Below are positions 61,200 through 64,000 of a stretch of 64,000 nt of DNA, in pieces. Below the pieces are notes generated by a model. It ran no database searches, was not told the DNA's origin, and saw nothing but the letters and a program-made list of their open reading frames with translations. The stretch's first letter is position 1; each line of letters starts with the position of its first letter. Position numbers and translations under genes: made by a program. The DNA is from Eutreptiella sp. 'Long Island Sound 2002' (Eukaryota; Protista; Euglenida), in contig OZ038378.1 of the NCBI GenBank assembly GCA_964036045.1, positions 79,422,001 through 79,486,000 of the forward strand, in the 5' to 3' direction.

Positions 61200-63600
61200 A
61201 AGTGCAACTGCAATATCTACAATGTATGCGCCGTAGTGAATGTAAGCAACAGGCAACATTCATGTCAACGAGACAACCAACTCTCCAATGACCCATAAGT
61301 CAGGGGTAATCTGACGCTGGCCTCCGGCCTTCCATTTCATTTGGTTGGATAACAAAACCAGAATAGCAAACAATTCTCAGTCGCACTTACAGCCTTCATC
61401 CTCCCTCCACAATGCCTGCTTGCCAAATGGTTTCCTGGGGTCTTGACTGAAAGTAAGAGCTTCTTTTTCAGGTCCTGAGCTCTTTTACAAGTACCCACCG
61501 TCACACCCTCAAATATCTAGAAAAACCTGTGGGGCCTTCAACAACCTTGATCTGCTCCGCAAAATCGTCAAGTCCTCCACAGCGGTCTCAGCAGTTTCCG
61601 TCCGTCCGGCTCGTTCATCAGACGGGCTCCAGGCCACAGAATGCAACCTCCTGGTTTCCCTTCGCAGACGCAGGTAACTGCTGAATTAGCACACAAAGCA
61701 ATGCGCTATGGTCTAAACAGGCCAGTGGTTGCATCTGTTGCCTGCTCCTTGTCAGCACAAAAAAAAAAGGCTGCTCTCCATCCACTCTTGAACTCCAACT
61801 GCTTGTAGCAGGAACCATTTGGAGCGATGCTGGGATTTTTCGATATTTTCCCATCACATTTGGTCTTTGATCGTCTATGCACCCTACCCAGTTCCCAAGC
61901 CAGTTTTGCGCTTCTGTTGTTGTGTCAACTCAACCAAAGACAACCTCACCAGAATTTCAAAAGCATTACTAGACTGACGGGCTGACAGGGAGGCAGGACG
62001 GAGAATAAGGAGATGCAACAGGAAATAAGCCAGATGACGGGCCGGAAATTATGGTGTGACCAGCAGGGGCACCGTTCAGTTGTAACCCAGGAGTTTCTGG
62101 CCAGTCAGTTTTGGCTCTGGTGCATGGGATGGAGGAGGCTGCACACCCTCTGAATGCCTGTACTGAAAGGCAGGACGGTACACTGAGCATTGCATGCATT
62201 GTCGCAGGCGGGCAAGCGTGTTGGACAGTATAAAGACTGGGCTGAAAAGACTGAAAAGGGTGTATACCGCATCGAACACTCTGCTCAGAGGGTGGATCCT
62301 GGTATGTCTTAGTGCCTTGGTTTCCTCTACCCAAAATGCCAATGGTAAAGAATGAGGTAGTTGGATGTAGATGTTGTGGGGTTTTGAAACCTTCCGTGGA
62401 TGGTGTAGCCAGCTATGGGGGCGCCTTGAGCCTAACAAATTGTCCTCGTGCGTGAATTAAGTATCGTATTGTACAGATTGTGTTGATATACTGTGACAAT
62501 GCCACCGTAATTGAACATTCCCTAATTTGTTGTTCACATTTTTGGCAAAGATTTGAGACAAGTGGGGCACCAACTACTTTGGCTGCCTTTCCGGTGGTGG
62601 TGATTTCAATCGTCAGAGGGGCAGATGTTCACGACTCAATCAAAACGGGCGAGCTGAAACCTGGACCGCAACTTCAAGAAAACTAGGCAGGTTTTGACCC
62701 CAGGATTCACCGCCCAGATCCCACGCCCATAGCGTGCACAATCCGGCCCCTCCACGAGGATGCAGGGCATGCGCTCAGCCCCGATAATTCGGTGCGCAAT
62801 AAGCCCCCCCTCCCCCTCTTCTTGTAGTGCTCATTTTCTGTCTGTCTAACCAGTCATCTAAATCAGGTTTCCCTCCCTCCCGCGTTGGCACGAAGTCGCC
62901 CCCCGTAACTCCCCCTCCCCGGCCTCCAAGGTGGGTGGGGGGGCTGGAGGGGTGGGGGGCAACTTTGTGCTCCATGTATTCGGAATGACCACATATTTTG
63001 GCACAGACGATCTTTGTTGCCACACGGTTGGGGACTGTTGAGGACAGGATCACTTCAACTTGGAGGAAGTGAAGGGGCATGCAAGTTCGTTGAAACTCCT
63101 GCATTCAACCCATTGCTGGGCATGGCCCTGGTGGGTGATGAAATAGGCACACTTCGATATGTCCTGGTGAGGAGAGCACTCCCATGCTACCCTGTGCTTC
63201 CCCAGTGGATCAGACATGGAACTGAATCAGTGCACCTCCCAGTGCCTCTGAAGACGCCAATGTGGCCCCGGAGAGGGATACCATAACCAGTGCAGAACAA
63301 AAATTGCTTTGCGACCCCAGAAAACAGCGGGAATCACTCCAGTGCTGATTGTTGAAGATCCCGTAAAAGAGTTGCACCCCAGCAAAACGGGCCCTGGAAT
63401 GCTTACAGCAAGAGCACTGCTTGGAGTGGGATTTGGCAGAGTGTTGGTCGGTTATGCTCGCACGTATAGCCTGGTCCATTGTCCTGTCCTTTGTGGTGCG
63501 AGAGACCCCGTTGTGGTGTGCTCCTGCAGCCTGGGGTGCTTTTCTGTGGCCCCGTTGCAGAAGGTACTTATGAGCAGACATGCGGCATCGCCACGGAGGA
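61200..63600 (-). mobile_element. Decayed LINE with APE and RT motifs in the expected order
   Basis: From high to low coordinate: FYGIFNNQHW, GHIEVCLF (APE-like); TGKAAKVVGAP, RRPHSWLHH..KV, LSRVFDAVY, SGLFPVASPYSP, GCIDD (RT-like). Many frameshifts. Confidence 0.55.
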
Positions 63601-64000
63601 CTATCACTGCATGCATGTGGCCTGATCTTTGACGATCAAGGTCGAAGGGGACATCAGCTGAAGAAGAGGTGGCATGAACAGCAGGATGAAGCCCAGGAGG
63701 GAGTGATGTAGAAGCCGGTGCATTGGAACGTGCCTGGTGCCTCGAGTCTGGGTGTGAGTAGCAGACTGTCCATGAGAAATGCCCAATGAGGGGCCAAAGG
63801 TGGTCGCCACCGCTTGCAAGTGAGGCTTTGTATGAGCCCCGTGAAGCCCCAGAGCAGCAAGGGGGATTTGCAACGTTGGTGGGTCGCTCAGCATGTTGTG
63901 TTTCCAAAGTAGCAGCATTCAAAACATGCCAGAACGAACCTGCTGATTCGCACTACCATCGCCTGGCTGTATTGTGGCTCCACAGCCCCCGTCTTCTTGT

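Noticed and set aside
1-64000. rRNA, snRNA or intact autonomous transposase/viral core genes
   Set aside because: No recognisable conserved rRNA or snRNA motifs, and no intact RT, DDE, HUH, capsid or polymerase ORF was seen.

Overview
Repeat-rich eukaryotic nuclear DNA with no sign of prokaryotic operons. A euglenid-like protist is inferred, not proven, from GTRTG-type splice donors, pyrimidine-tract+AG just before ATGs, a TTAGGG tract and an epiplastin-like N-terminus. One plausible host gene runs on + from 32389 to at least 60866: about 15 GT-AG exons encoding a V/E/R/D/P-rich head, a coiled coil, a C2 domain split by a ~6 kb intron, and a further coiled coil. Its introns and the upstream 32 kb are filled with mobile and repeated DNA. 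(i) A non-autonomous family with asymmetric terminal inverted repeats, a 3' TGCC-RAA-GGCA hairpin, terminal GAAT and internal ~197-bp tandem arrays, resembling rolling-circle elements (Helentron/Helitron2/Replitron architecture). (ii) A 2.4-kb hAT element whose decayed transposase has NUMOD1-like, tandem PHD, TTF zinc-finger and DUF4371-like parts. (iii) A Tourist-like MITE, several LINE remnants, 33-bp and 39-bp minisatellites with palindromic or inverted structure, and a 3096-bp tandem duplication. Decayed genes include a TRANK1-like SF1 helicase-TPR pseudogene and a Bro-N-like/caspase-like fusion. All domain calls are by-eye motif recognition; no database search was run.
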